From Octopus bimaculoides (taxonomy: Eukaryota): a stretch of DNA of 55,429 bases. Location: contig NC_068983.1 of assembly GCF_001194135.2 (NCBI RefSeq), positions 60,794,557 through 60,849,985 on the forward strand, written 5' to 3'. Position numbers and translations under genes: made by a program. Below the pieces are notes generated by a model. The model searched no databases and was not told where the DNA came from. It worked only from the letters and a program-made list of their open reading frames with translations. This document shows positions 12,769 through 25,273 of this stretch, piece by piece. Each line of letters begins with the position of its first letter. Within the stretch, counting starts at the first letter, position 1.

Positions 12769-13143
12769 TTATATTAAGGGCATTAATACACATAAATGCC
12801 TCACGCTATGAGGAACTCTTAAAGTTAAAACTACCATGATAATGTCCTTAATATAAATAAATATATTTAAAGGGAATAATTATAATTTTTCCCTTATCAG
12901 GTTTTTCACGCTGACTAATTGATAAATTCTTATAAAGATTTTATCCTATTTTAAATGTTATATGTATGTATGTATATTATGCAACGAGTTTCTTTCAGTT
13001 TCGATCTACTAAATCCACCCACAAGGTTTTGGTTGACCCAAGGCTGTTTTAGAAAACACTTGCCCAAGGTGCCACGTAGTGGGTCCGAACCCGGAATGAT
13101 ATAGTTGAGAAGCAAACTTTTTACCACACAGTTACGCCTGCAC
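12585..13143 (-). mobile_element. SINE D split at its internal (TA)n by a ~200-bp insertion (12764-12962)
   Basis: Seen: 3' half at 12585-12740 and 5' half at 12982-13143, separated by a hairpin-forming insert. Confidence 0.75.
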
Positions 13144-13522
13144 CTTATGTATCTTCATGGAAAGGCATGAACATCTCAGCAACTACTTTATAACCGTTAG
13201 GTCAAATATTGTGAAAATTCGATGTAGGAATTCTTTAAGTTTTAAAAATTTATGTCTCGAAACATCTTCATCAAACAGACAAGTGTGACATTACTGTTAA
13301 ATTTCTATGTAATATGAAAGTAGAGTCCATCCGTGACCAGGCAATCGACTGCATTTGGAATCTGCAGATACATGGTAGATGAAAGAATGAAATAGTTCTG
13401 CTGGAGTCGAACCTGCATCGCTTATTCGGCTTGTAGAGAACCTACCGATGCTAAGAACTTATCAAAATAGAATCGTAAATCTGTTGATGGTAACTCTAGA
13501 GGATTACACTCTTAAGGACTTA

Positions 13523-13556
<34 letters not shown>

Positions 13557-13559
13557 GTA

Positions 13560-13603
<44 letters not shown>

Positions 13604-13766
13604 TATGTATACATGTATGTGTGTATGTATGTATGATGGCTGTGTACTTCTTATGCAGAGTCTGACCACTTCCTGTACCTAGACCTTAGAACTATCATGG
13701 CGTCTAATGTGACTTTTTAAACCAGACAATATTTTGAAAAGACACCCACATCATTTCTTTTTCCAG

Positions 13767-13830
13767 GTATTCAAGCAGTCTAGAACTCAGAACACTCATT
13801 CTGTTTACTATGTTCCTACTACTTATAGAG
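13767..13830 (+). other. Candidate 64-nt internal exon
   Basis: Seen: TTTCTTTTTCCAG| ... GAG|GTAAAT. Open in two frames (VFKQSRTQNTHSVYYVPTTYR or YSSSLELRTLILFTMFLLLIE). Confidence 0.25.
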
Positions 13831-14325
13831 GTAAATATTACCTCACACACAAATACGCACGCGCGCACACACACGCACGCACGCACAACGCACTCACATA
13901 TTTGCAGACCTACCAGAGTCAGTGAAGAGTCTTGGCCAGAACCACATTTTGTATATAGGATATTATTGATTTCCGTCTGTTTATTAAAGAATGTATAATA
14001 CAATTTCTGCGACACTAACAAAACAAATTCAGGAACGATATTGAAAGGAAATTCCATCACCAGATAAACCAGAGCAGGTGAAATATTTGCTGACAATAGT
14101 TTTCTCTTCTAAAGTTTTTCTTTGTCGATAGTTTTATGATTTGATATATTTACCGACACTGACTCTATTTAAAATCATCTGGAATCATGTTCCTAGTCAC
14201 AAGAAACATATAAATTCTATTCTATTCTATTCTGATACAACGCAGTATCGAGGCCACAGCCGGAGAGAGCGGGTGTGATTCCGAAATCCCAGTTGCAACT
14301 TTTTCATAAAGAATATCTTTTTTGC

Positions 14326-14724
14326 TCTTTTACTCTTTTTCCTTGTTTCAGTCATTTGACTGCGGCCATGCTGGAGGACCACCTTTAGTCGATCAAATCG
14401 ACCCCAGGACTTATTCTTTGTAAGCCTAGTACTTATTCTATCGGTCTCTTTTTGCCGAACCGCTAAGTTACGGGGACGTAAACACACCAGTATCGGTTGT
14501 CAAGCGATGCTGGAGGGACAAACACAGACACACAAACACACACACATATATATACATATACATATATACTATGGGCTTCTTTCAGTTTTCGTCTACCAAA
14601 TCCACTCACAAGGTTTTGGTCGGCCCGAGGCTATAGTAGAAGACACTTGCCCAAGGTGCCACGCAGTGGGACTGAACCTGGAAGCATGTGGTTGGTAAGC
14701 AAGCTACTTACCACACAGCCACCT
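14326..14724 (-). mobile_element. SINE family D, full length
   Basis: Seen: reverse-complement homolog of 11302-11684. Confidence 0.85.
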
Positions 14725-15044
14725 CTATATGAAAAATAGTTAAATATTATATTTCAGTTTTGAACACGATATTCCCTTCTAACATTGTTTTATGGCACTC
14801 TTGATATTTCAATGTTTTTGAGCTCATTTAAGTGTAGTTTCTCAGATTCCAAGAGAAGAACGAGACTGTAGAACGTTTATGCCTTTCTCAAGCCAATCTG
14901 AGATACATGGAAAGTAAAAGGAAGTTAACAGCAATTCGGTTGTGATATCTGGTTGACATGATTTCAAGTCACTGCTGACCATAAAGCGATATATATGTTG
15001 CATTATAATATATTATATATATTATATTATATATTAAATATCTT

Positions 15045-15368
15045 GTTCATGACCATGGAAATGCACCTAGAAAGTTACCCTTCTAGGCACAAACCTGGGC
15101 AAGATTGTTTATGGAAGACCAGCATCCGCCAGTGCATACCAGCCTCCCCTCTGCACGCTACCGATGTTGTCCAAGGGAAAGGCAAAGGCTGATACAGTTT
15201 GGCACCAGCGATGTCAGTTTGGCACCGTTTCTACAGCTGAGTGAACTGGAGCAACGTGAAAATAAAGAGTCTTGCTCAAGAAGACAACACGCAACCCGGT
15301 CCAAGAATTGAATTCACTACCTCATGATTGCGAACCCACCGCTCTAACCACTGAGCCATGCACCTTCA
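15045..15368 (-). mobile_element. SINE family C variant with a distinct 3' module
   Basis: Seen on minus: GGTGCATGGCTCAGTGGTTAGAGC head and CTTGAGCAAGAC...TTGCTCCAGTTCACTCAGCTG core. The 3' part differs from the other C copies. Confidence 0.7.
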
Positions 15369-15388
15369 TCGTGTGTATATGTATGTGT

Positions 15389-15456
<68 letters not shown>

Positions 15457-15689
15457 AATTTCGATTTGGTCTTGACGAGTTCGTAAACGAATCCATTTCT
15501 TGAAAGTTAAGACGAATTGAAGTGGACTCCGGTGAATTTTCCGAAATTCCCCATCCAGTGCCCTCCTAAAACACTTTCCTCCAAAATTTCTGTATATTCG
15601 GAATCTACATGATATAACACATATTCGTAGAAAATTTCATTAAAAAATATCTATTTTTCTGAAGTTATGATCATCCAAAGTCGGGGCGG

Positions 15690-16376
15690 AGGGCAGAAAT
15701 CTGTAGTTATGCCAAATTCCTGACACCCAGAAATGCAGACTCTATGGAAAGAGTGTGGAAAATGTGACCCACTTGATAAGTGAATGTGAGAGCCTTGCAC
15801 AAAAAGAATACAAGCGCCGCCACGATAAAGTGTGTGTGTATCTTCATTGGCTCTTATACCGTAAATGCAGAGAACTGGTATGAACATGTACCAAGTAAAA
15901 CTATGCAGGAGGATGGAAAAGTAACGATATTCTGGGACTATAATTTTCAGACGGATCGTGTAATCGAACACCGTCGGCCGGATATTGTCATATTGAATAA
16001 GAGAGACAAATACTGTCAGACCATTGATGTAGCCATACCAAATGATATGAATGTTGTGAGTAAGGAGGTTGCAAAAATCACCAAGTACTCCGAATTGAAA
16101 GTGGAAATGGCAAGACAGTATGGAGTGCGAGAGGGTAATGTAAAAGTGATACCAGTGGTGATCGGAGCGTTGGGCTCAATCCCATTGAGACTTCAAAACT
16201 TCTTAAGGCAACTGGAAATCTTATGTAAGATTGATATCTTGCAAAAAGCAGCCTTATTGGGCACAGCGTACATCTTAAGGAAAGTATTATCTGTCTGAGG
16301 TCTTTGTTATGACTTGACAGAGGACTAAAGACTCCGGTGCATTTATACCTACACTGTGTTACGAAGGGATAATAAT

Positions 16377-16379
<3 letters not shown>
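15690..16379 (+). pseudogene. 5'-truncated R4/Dong LINE: CCHC knuckle + RLE + 3' UTR + (AAT) tail
   Basis: Seen: CRLYGKSVENVTHLISEC...RRHDKV, a frameshift, then WYEH...IFWDYNFQTD...RPDIVILNK...IDVAIP...VIGALG...LLGTAYILRKVLSV* (stop at 16298) and tail GATAATAATAAT. Confidence 0.9.
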
Positions 16380-16758
<379 letters not shown>

Positions 16759-17122
16759 TATAGATATTATATAAAAAAAAAACCAGTTTAGTTCGGCTCA
16801 AAGCAACTTAAACTTTCGCAAGCCTCTAACGGAAGCCCGTCTCTTAGAGGCTTAGATTGCCGAATGGAGAAATACAGGAAGTACAAGATGGCTACCAAAC
16901 TATAGGCTGATATTGGTCATGGCCTATTTACCGGTGGCCTGAAAGAAACGAATTTTTGTTAGAGGCCCGCAGCAGTTTGATTCATCACATGGAGATGAAT
17001 CAAGCTGTTTTAAATAATAATATATGGAACTCTTACTAAATGTATTGAATACCTTTTTCTTTTGTTTGTCCACTCGTTCATATCTATCTATCTATCTATC
17101 TGTCTACTTGTCTGTATATCTA

Positions 17123-17165
<43 letters not shown>

Positions 17166-17504
17166 NNNNNNNNNNNNNNNNNNNNNNNNNNNNNNNNNNN
17201 NNNNNNNNNNNNNNNNNNNNNNNNNNNNNNNNNNNNNNNNNNNNNNNNNNNNNNNNNNNNNNNNNNNNNNNNNNNNNNNNNNNNNNNNNNNNNNNNNNNN
17301 NNNNNNNNNNNNNNNNNNNNNNNNNNNNNNNNNNNNNNNNNNNNNNNNNNNNNNNNNNNNNNNNNNNNNNNNNNNNNNNNNNNNNNNNNNNNNNNNNNNN
17401 NNNNNNNNNNNNNNNNNNNNNNNNNNNNNNNNNNNNNNNNNNNNNNNNNNNNNNNNNNNNNNNNNNNNNNNNNNNNNNNNNNNNNNNNNNNNNNNNNNNN
17501 NNNN

Positions 17505-17566
<62 letters not shown>

Positions 17567-18619
17567 CAAGTGTCACTGTAGTCATGAATAGGTATAGTCA
17601 CCGCTCGTCTTTGATCCAGAGAAATACACCTAGGATGTGACAGGTGGAGGTAGTGGAGGAGTCATTACAGCTTATAAAATTAGAGCTACGTGAGATGAAG
17701 TACTTGCTCAAGGAAATAATACATCACCTGGTCCTGGGATTGAACCTTGTCATTATCAACCGAACACACACTTGGTCACACACCTCCTGTATGTATGTGT
17801 ATACCTCCCCCACACACACATACATATCTACACACACACACATACATACATACATACATACATACACAAGTATGCACACATATATGTTTACATGCATACA
17901 CACACACACATACATATGCATGTATGTATGTATGTATGTATGTATGTATGTATGTATGTATAAAAATGTACAATGATATATGAATGCAACTAAATAGCAG
18001 AGACACTTGTAAAAATAATTAGGTTTCATATTGAAATAAGTACATAAAATATTGTGTAGTTTCTGTCAGGAACGTGTTTTTAATATTCAGATGTTCATAA
18101 ATCTATACTGACATATAATACTTCATCTACGGGACAACAGAGACAGTTACGTGAGAAGTCTTCTGCTTATACACTGTTTTGAACGATGATGTACGGAAAC
18201 AGCCGAGCATCGAGAACACAAATACACTTAGTTAAATTTATAACAGAGTTTCTTGAGTTAACAGAGGTCGTATATAAAATTCAGAAATGAGATGTCGTAG
18301 GAATAAGAGGCATAAATATCTCACAAGTATAAGGAAACTACTTGTTCTAAAAAAAAACGACTATTCTTAGCAAGTTTAAAGCAATACTGCTAACAGATAT
18401 AATAAATGCATGTAACAAGTAGACATTTGAAAATACAATGAAGCTACGTAGTAAAATATATAGAGAATCTATATTTCATAACACGATCGTGTTTCTAGCA
18501 GCGTGACCTTTATAAATATGGACATGTGATTTTTCCTTAGTGGGAAAACGTATAGTGTTGTTTATTGCTTATATTGAACGTACAAGAAATTTCCTACTTA
18601 TATAGACAATCTAGAAATG

Positions 18620-19170
18620 TTACATCAAGGGATCTGACGCTGCAATGTTTGTTCTGATGCAGCGAAACAACCGCCATGAAGTTGTCTATTTCCAGTAGAA
18701 ACGATACAAGAAGAGCAACAAAGCTTTCAGCGTTTTTTTAAAGCTTTTCCAATTCAAGACAGATGCACTTTGCAATTCCTTTAGGAAATGAACAACGGGT
18801 CATTTTTCAAGTGAACTGCACCCATTTGTTTACCTCACACCAGCAAAACGTTCGAGGCATATCACCCCGACAGACTTTTTTACAAGCCGTAAAAGACTTA
18901 GAAAACATTGTGACATCATAAATAAGTCAAAGAAACAAAGTCCGGTGTCCTTGAAGAAAGCGTGTCTGACAGCAAGTTTCACAATGCTATTAGAAGAGTG
19001 CATACAGTTCACTATACTGATGAAATGCTGGGAACCATCGGATTCGCTTCAGCGTTGAATCAAGTATTGTGATGATCTTGCGAAAGATTTCAATAAGGAA
19101 GCTCAAAAGATTTACCACGTTACAGAAAGAAGGTACACGGATGAAATATAAAACGCATCCCAGATCTTTT
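18620..19170 (+). pseudogene. Helitron RepHel remnant
   Basis: Seen across frames: GSDAAMFVL..NRHEVVYFQ*KRY..SNKA, FPIQDR, IPLGNEQRVIF, TILMKCWEPSD...KYCDDLAKDF. Established: these parallel the Helitron motifs KGSD-A-F...GRYISSNEA...FPIHER...HLENGQRVYF and IL--C-PS-P--LW-KY. Confidence 0.7.
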
Positions 19171-19448
19171 TGGTTTGACGGGCAACACTTGTTTTCTTAA
19201 CGAAACACTTTCAAACTTGGGATACTGGTAGAATGTGTCATATAAAACATCTTTTTCTCTTAGCCTTTTTAGCAAAAATGAGTTCTTAATAAGTTATTTC
19301 ATGTTAAAGTTGTCGTATTTCTGTAATTCCAACCAATCACTGACGTCTATTCAGCTGAATACAATTACTGCTCTTTTTACAAACAATAATTTTTTACCGG
19401 TGTCAAGAGTGTTATTCCCTGTTTAATTATATCATTATTCCCTAGTAA

Positions 19449-19657
19449 GGGTTTAGGGTTTTAGGGTAGGGTTCGGGTTTTAGAGTTAGGGTTAAGGTTT
19501 TAGGGTTAGGGTTAGGGTTATGGTTATGAGTTTTAGGGTTAGGGTTAGGGTTATGAGTGAGGTTATGGCAAAAATAATCATAACCATAACCGTAATCCTA
19601 AAACTAACCCTAACTCTAAAACCCGAACCCTAACCCTAAAACCCTAAAGCTAAAACC
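19449..19657. repeat. Interstitial telomere-like (TTAGGG)n variants arranged as an inverted repeat
   Basis: Seen: G-rich arm at 19449-19568 and C-rich arm at 19579-19657. Confidence 0.9.
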
Positions 19658-19723
19658 AGTACAAACGCACGAACGATGTCATAAATAAGAGTAACACGGG
19701 TAGTTGCGATAAAATAAATTAAT

Positions 19724-19880
19724 AGGAGTGGTTGTGTGGTAAATAGCTTGCTTACCAATGACATGGTTCCAGATTCAGTTCCACTGCGTGGCATCTTGGG
19801 CAAGTGTCTTCTACTATAGCCTCGGGCTAACCAAAGCCTTGTGAGTGGATTTGGTAGACAGAAACTGAAAGAAGTCTGTC

Positions 19881-19882
<2 letters not shown>
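19724..19882 (+). mobile_element. SINE D, 5' half
   Basis: Seen: head through GAAACTGAAAGAAGTCTGTCG, ending in (TA)n. Confidence 0.8.
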
Positions 19883-19924
<42 letters not shown>

Positions 19925-20602
19925 GACGGATTTCTTTCAGAAGACCGTCGTATATATGTATGTATGTGTGTGTGTATGTAAATACACGCCTACATATACA
20001 CCACACACAAGAGAAATTTCGATAAACACAAGTTTATATAATTAGTTGCTATGTACGTTCCACCATTATGTTTCCTTGGAACCTTGCAAATAGTGTTAGA
20101 AGTGCATTTGGATGCTTAAGCAGAACGGATCAACGGATCATGTTCTATTAAGCTACAGAGAACTAATGACAAGCGTTGGTTAGATATGCTGTATATATAT
20201 AAGATAAACTGTATGTGTAAGTATATATATATATATAAACACACATACAATTATGCGAATGTGTGTGTTTGTGCGTGCGTGTACACCCACACATATACGC
20301 ACACTCACTCATATGTAATATGTCATAATTCACTACATTCCGTCTTGTATAAATCTAAGAGAAAACGGAACGCACAGGGAAAAGAAAGTAATCTAAATAA
20401 AGACGTTTGACGACTGCCGAAATGGAGATGAATACATTGACGTCAATCGTTCGTCTATAAACAGACAACGCGCTTACATGATAACTGAAAGACTGCTTAT
20501 GGAGTATTCAAAGCTACATGATTTAACACAGCCACCGCTACATATTTAGTTTTGTAAGCCTGGAAAATATGCTTGCGGCTTACGCAAATATATGTGTGCG
20601 TG

Positions 20603-20711
<109 letters not shown>

Positions 20712-20715
20712 CGTG

Positions 20716-21093
20716 GTGGTACTCAGTCGGTTACAACGACGAGGGTTCCAGTTGATCCGATCAACGGAACAGCCTGCTCGTGGAATTAACGTTCAAGTGG
20801 CTGAGCACTCTACAGACACGTGTACCCTTAATGTAGTTCTCGCGGAGATTCAGCGTGACACAGAGTGTGACAAGGCTGGCCCTTTGAAATACAGGCACAA
20901 CAGAAACAGGAATAAAGAATGAGAGAAAGTTGTAGTGAAAGAGTACAGCAGGGTTTGCCACCATCCCCTGTCGGAGCCTCGTGGAGCTTTAGGTGTTTTC
21001 GCTCAATAAACACTCTGAACGCCCGGTCTGGGGATCGAAACAGCGATCCTACGACCGCGATTCCGCTGCCCTAACCACTGGGCTATTGCGCCT

Positions 21094-21096
<3 letters not shown>
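20716..21096 (-). mobile_element. SINE family B, full length
   Basis: Seen: tRNA-like head on minus (TGGAGGCGCAATAGCCCAGTGGTTAGG; TTTCGATCCC), flanked by (AC)n on both sides. Confidence 0.85.
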
Positions 21097-21145
<49 letters not shown>

Positions 21146-21596
21146 GGACATGATTCTGCGTGGAAGATCTTTTTAAGAATTTCGAAACGAATTATTTCGT
21201 TTCTATTCTTGTTAGTGAACAAAATGAAATCTTGTGATTGTAATGAAAGACGCTGTTGTTTAGTTTAGTCATATTTTAAGTGTCACCTACTCGCTGTTGT
21301 TATTATTTCTATTAGTGGAATGTTTAAGATATGGCTGCAGGCGATGAGACTAGACGAACTATTTCCGATTCGTAGTTGAAGATAAATCACTTCACTTATG
21401 TCATTTATATTGTCGAGACGCGCATGACAGTCACTTAATTTCATATTTGTTAAATGATTTCGATTATATGATTTCTATAATTCCTATAGTTAGGAACTGT
21501 AGAGCAGCAGGATGTAGCAGACCCAATTTTATTTTTTTCATATCATTATATCCAGCAGAAACAAATTTCGTACTTTATCTCCCCACCCACCTATTT

Positions 21597-21980
21597 TGTT
21601 GCTGGCACTTCGTCGGTTACGACGATGAAGGTTCCAGTTGATCCGATCAACGGAACAGCTTGCTCATGAAATTAATGTGCAAGTGGCTGAGCACTCCACA
21701 GACACGTGTACCCTTAATGTAGTTCTCGAGGTGATTCAGCGTGACACAGTATGACAAGGCTGGCCCTTTGAAATGCAGGTACAACAGAAACAGGAAGTAA
21801 GGGTGAGAGAAAGTTGTGGTGGAAGAGTACAGCAGGGTTCGCCACCATCCCCTGCCGGAGCCTCGTGGAGCTATAGGTGTTTTCGCTCAATAAACACTCT
21901 CAACTCTCGGTCTGGGGATCGAAACCGCGATCCTACGACCGCGAGTCCGCTGCCCTAACCAATGGGCCATTGCACCTCCA
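21597..21980 (-). mobile_element. SINE family B, full length
   Basis: Seen: colinear homolog of 20716-21096. Confidence 0.85.
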
Positions 21981-22209
21981 CTCCACCCACCTATACCTGG
22001 CTCTATAGTAACGATTTCTTCTACTGTCTGCTGTTTCTATTCAAACCACAACTAACATCTAAATTATGTTTACTCCTGTCTCCAATACCAAAGTCCTACC
22101 AATTATTTATGTACAAATACAAAATTCGTGCGTTGCCATTTTCAACACGAAATAGAATCTTCATATACATTTTTTTCTGATATCAGTCGCTATTACTATA
22201 AATTGTTTC

Positions 22210-22420
22210 AAGGCAGCGAGCTGACGGAATCGTTTCCACTCTGGTAAAAATGCATTTCTTCCGACTTTACGCACTGAGTTCAAATGCCGCCGAGGTTGAC
22301 TTTGCCTATCATCCCTTTCGGGGTCGATAAGATAAGTACAAGTTGAGTACTGGAATCGATGTAATCGACTTAATCCCTCCCCGAAATTACTGGCCTTGCG
22401 TCAAAAATCGAAACCATTAT
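22210..22420 (+). mobile_element. SINE family A
   Basis: Seen: homolog of the other A copies. Confidence 0.8.
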
Positions 22421-22879
22421 CATAAATTGATTCTTTAGGTTGTTCTATCCGTTTTCCTCGTCCATTTGCGTGTCTTCGCCTAATAAGAAACAGAAATTAA
22501 TTCCAAGAATAAATGTTCAGAATGCTATAAGGGGCCTTCTCTGTTACAATTTGTAATGGAATGTCTGACCATCTCCAATTTTACAACTGTCTATGGCCTT
22601 TACCCCATTTTGTTCGTTTGTTTTTAATTGAGTTATAAAATGTATTTTAATGTATCACGCGACATTAACTATAAATGTGTGTCTGAATGTGTGTGTTGTG
22701 TGCAATTCCGCTTTATCTTTCATCATTTCGGAGCCAATGAAATTGGTAACTGTTGGGTACTGGTGTAATCAACTACCTCGCCACCACGAAATTTCAGACC
22801 TTGAGCCTATAATAGTAAACATTAGACCTGGTTGGCATTGCTCTAAAAGAATACGAGCTAGTGACGGAAGCAAAAATGA

Positions 22880-23218
22880 ACTAAGAAAAGTTATCTTAAG
22901 AAGTAGGTCCATGCCGTCCAATAAAGTCATGAGATGCTGGGCGGGCGGTCCGGTTAAATTGCTTGTGGTCTGGTTTGGTCCAGGTCTCTAGATGGAGAAG
23001 AAATAGGACGAGATGACGAGTGATCACACTTTTATCCAGAAATGTGCGTAAAGAAAGCTATCTGTGAAAGGTGGGGCATAAGTGGTGAATGCTTATATCG
23101 CTTCCGTTATATGTTACCGCCTGACGGTCGTGCCTTGCTCCAGTTCACATCTGATCAAGCTGGAGCGCATACTCTTCCGCTTCCAGTGGAAAGGATGTGT
23201 TTCACTGATGGTTAACTG
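22880..23218 (+). pseudogene. Tx1/L1-clade LINE RT-thumb remnant
   Basis: Seen: VKLLVVWFGP...RKLSVKGGA*VVNAYIASVICYRLTVVPC...KLERILFRFQWKG, resembling the L1/Tx1 LS-KGR...LF-FLW-G block. Confidence 0.7.
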
Positions 23219-23337
23219 AGGAAGAAAGATAATTTTTGCTATGAACCTCATTTGAAAATTTCCTTTATGGCAGCCGACTCAGTATTACCTCCCCTTGTTT
23301 CATCGTTACTCACGTATGGTTAATATTTCTACATTGT

Positions 23338-23546
23338 AAGGCGGCGAGCAGGCAGAATCGTTAGCATGCCGGACAAAATGTTTAGCAGTATTTCGTCTAT
23401 ATGTTCCGAGTTCAAATTCCGTCGAGGTCGACTTTTCCTTTCCCCATTTCGGGATCGATAAAATAAGTACCTTTTGAGCACTGGAGGTTGATGTAATCAA
23501 CTTAACCTCTACTCCTAATTCTTGGGCTAATATTTTAAACCAATAT
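23338..23546 (+). mobile_element. SINE family A
   Basis: Seen: homolog of the other A copies. Confidence 0.8.
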
Positions 23547-23921
23547 TCCGACATAATGAATAAAAGAATGAAACACTGAAAATGCCTCGTTCTTTTATAT
23601 GTACTGCACGGCCTTTTCTTTGTTCTGTTACTGATATTGTTATCGAGCAAACACAAACAATTACTGCTGTCCTTGACTTTTGAAATAAAATCAAGCCAAG
23701 CGATTAAATTAAATTCATTTATTTTTTTCAAAATATTATCTATATGGGAAGATATTTTAGCTTCGATTTAGACTTTAGACCACTTCTTCGCGGAGAGATC
23801 GATATTTGATAATGTCTTCAACCAAGAATGGTAAAGTTCTCTATTTTATGGCCATAATGGCCTTACACAGAGGGGACAGCACATAGTGGGAACAAAAAAA
23901 CAAAAAGCGAATCAAATTATA

Positions 23922-24132
23922 TAGGGTGTCCACTAAGTCTGGGTACATGGGATTAACACATACTTTAAGAAATTAATATTTCTTATATTTACTTGTTTAT
24001 GTTATGAATTTATTTACTCCATGTACCCACATGGGGATTAACACATACTTTCAGAAATTATTATTTCTTATATTTAATTGTTAATGTTATGATTTTATTC
24101 ACTCCATGTACCCAAACCTTGTGGACACCCTG
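23922..24132. mobile_element. Tc1/mariner-type MITE with ~30-bp TIRs and TA TSD
   Basis: Seen: TA|TAGGGTGTCCACTAAGTCTGGGTACATGG ... CCATGTACCCAAACCTTGTGGACACCCTG|TA. The interior is a tandem duplication of an ~84-bp unit. Confidence 0.85.
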
Positions 24133-24716
24133 TACAATGAAAGATGAAATGAAGTCGCTTGGCCCCACCTTCAAGCGACTTCATTGAGCCTGTAGCAACA
24201 CTATTTACATTACCCTTTGTAACAGCCAATTTGGTATATCATTTGAACACAATTATTTACACAATAGTTAATCAATATCTTTTCCCCAAATGTCTATATT
24301 ATATTTTTTTTTAAATGTCCACGTACCTTATTTTTTTCGGCATTGTACTGGAGTCTATTTTTTTAGACAACCACTCAGTCAGTTTTCTATATACCTTTGC
24401 ACCTTCCACAAGTTCTCCAGGTCCCTCACAGCACACAATAATCGGGCAGACCCCTTACACCTGCTATATCTACCTTGACTATTCCGTCCCACGAACTTAC
24501 TTCGTTATCCAGTTCCTCAGGCTGTCCATTGTATACGAATATGAATTTTTCATCACAAGGCGGAAGTGGGTAGTTTTGAGGCTCCTGTGTGTTTGCCATA
24601 GTTTTTTTTGTCAGACTGGGCAATGGAAGGGATGGTGTCTGTAGGGCGTGGTTGGGGTAGAGTGGGTGTGGATGAGGGCCGGGTAGATGTGGGTTAAGAA
24701 TTGTAAAGTTCTAAAC

Positions 24717-24890
24717 CAATGGTTATTAACTTTTTTGTTATAACCCGCTCCCTTTTTAAGTAGTTGTTATGCCTAACGCCCACATAAGTGGCGAGTGAGT
24801 TACCACAACTAATCTAACATAAAATGGATGATAATTTATAAATTTTACTCTAAAAACGGATTGTATAAGCTTTTAATAATGAAATGATAA
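24717..24890 (+). mobile_element. Truncated copy of the hAT MITE at 36182-36611
   Basis: Seen: CAATGGTTATTAAC start and the shared GATAATTTATAAATTTTACTCTAAAA..GGATTGTATAAGCTTT block. Confidence 0.7.
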
Positions 24891-25182
24891 TAGTAGGCAT
24901 AGAGACGGTGAGGGCAGTGGTGAAGACAGAGAGAGAGAGAGAGAGAAAGGAAGAAAGAAAAAGAGAGGGAGAGAAAGAGAGACAATGAAATTAAGGAGAG
25001 TTGATGATGTTTTATTAAAAGTAGTAGTCCTAATGGTGGCAGTGGGAGTAATAAAAAAGAGAGAGAAAGAGTGGGTATGTGAGAGCAAGAGGGAGATGAT
25101 GTACAACTTTGTTTAATCATATCTCTTTGACAGAAATTCCTGTCGCCAACATACTGAACATTATCATTTTGCTTTATTTAAT

Positions 25183-25213
<31 letters not shown>

Positions 25214-25273
25214 CATACACGCATATTTAAAATACACTTTAACTGAAATAAAGTTTCCCCAAAATTAAACATA

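Noticed and set aside
19011-19072. CTGATGA + 7-bp stem + GAAT hammerhead look-alike
   Set aside because: GAAA is GAAT, there is no NUH before the putative stem I, and it lies inside Helitron coding remnant, so it is probably chance.
19449-19657. Ancestral telomere-telomere fusion site
   Set aside because: The polarity fits, but identical rare variant units in both arms argue for duplication of a single array. It is kept as a finding under that reading.
24426-24623. 65-aa minus-strand ORF with protein-like composition
   Set aside because: No motif I can recognise and no supporting splice or start context. It may be a retroelement ORF1 scrap, but I cannot support a call.
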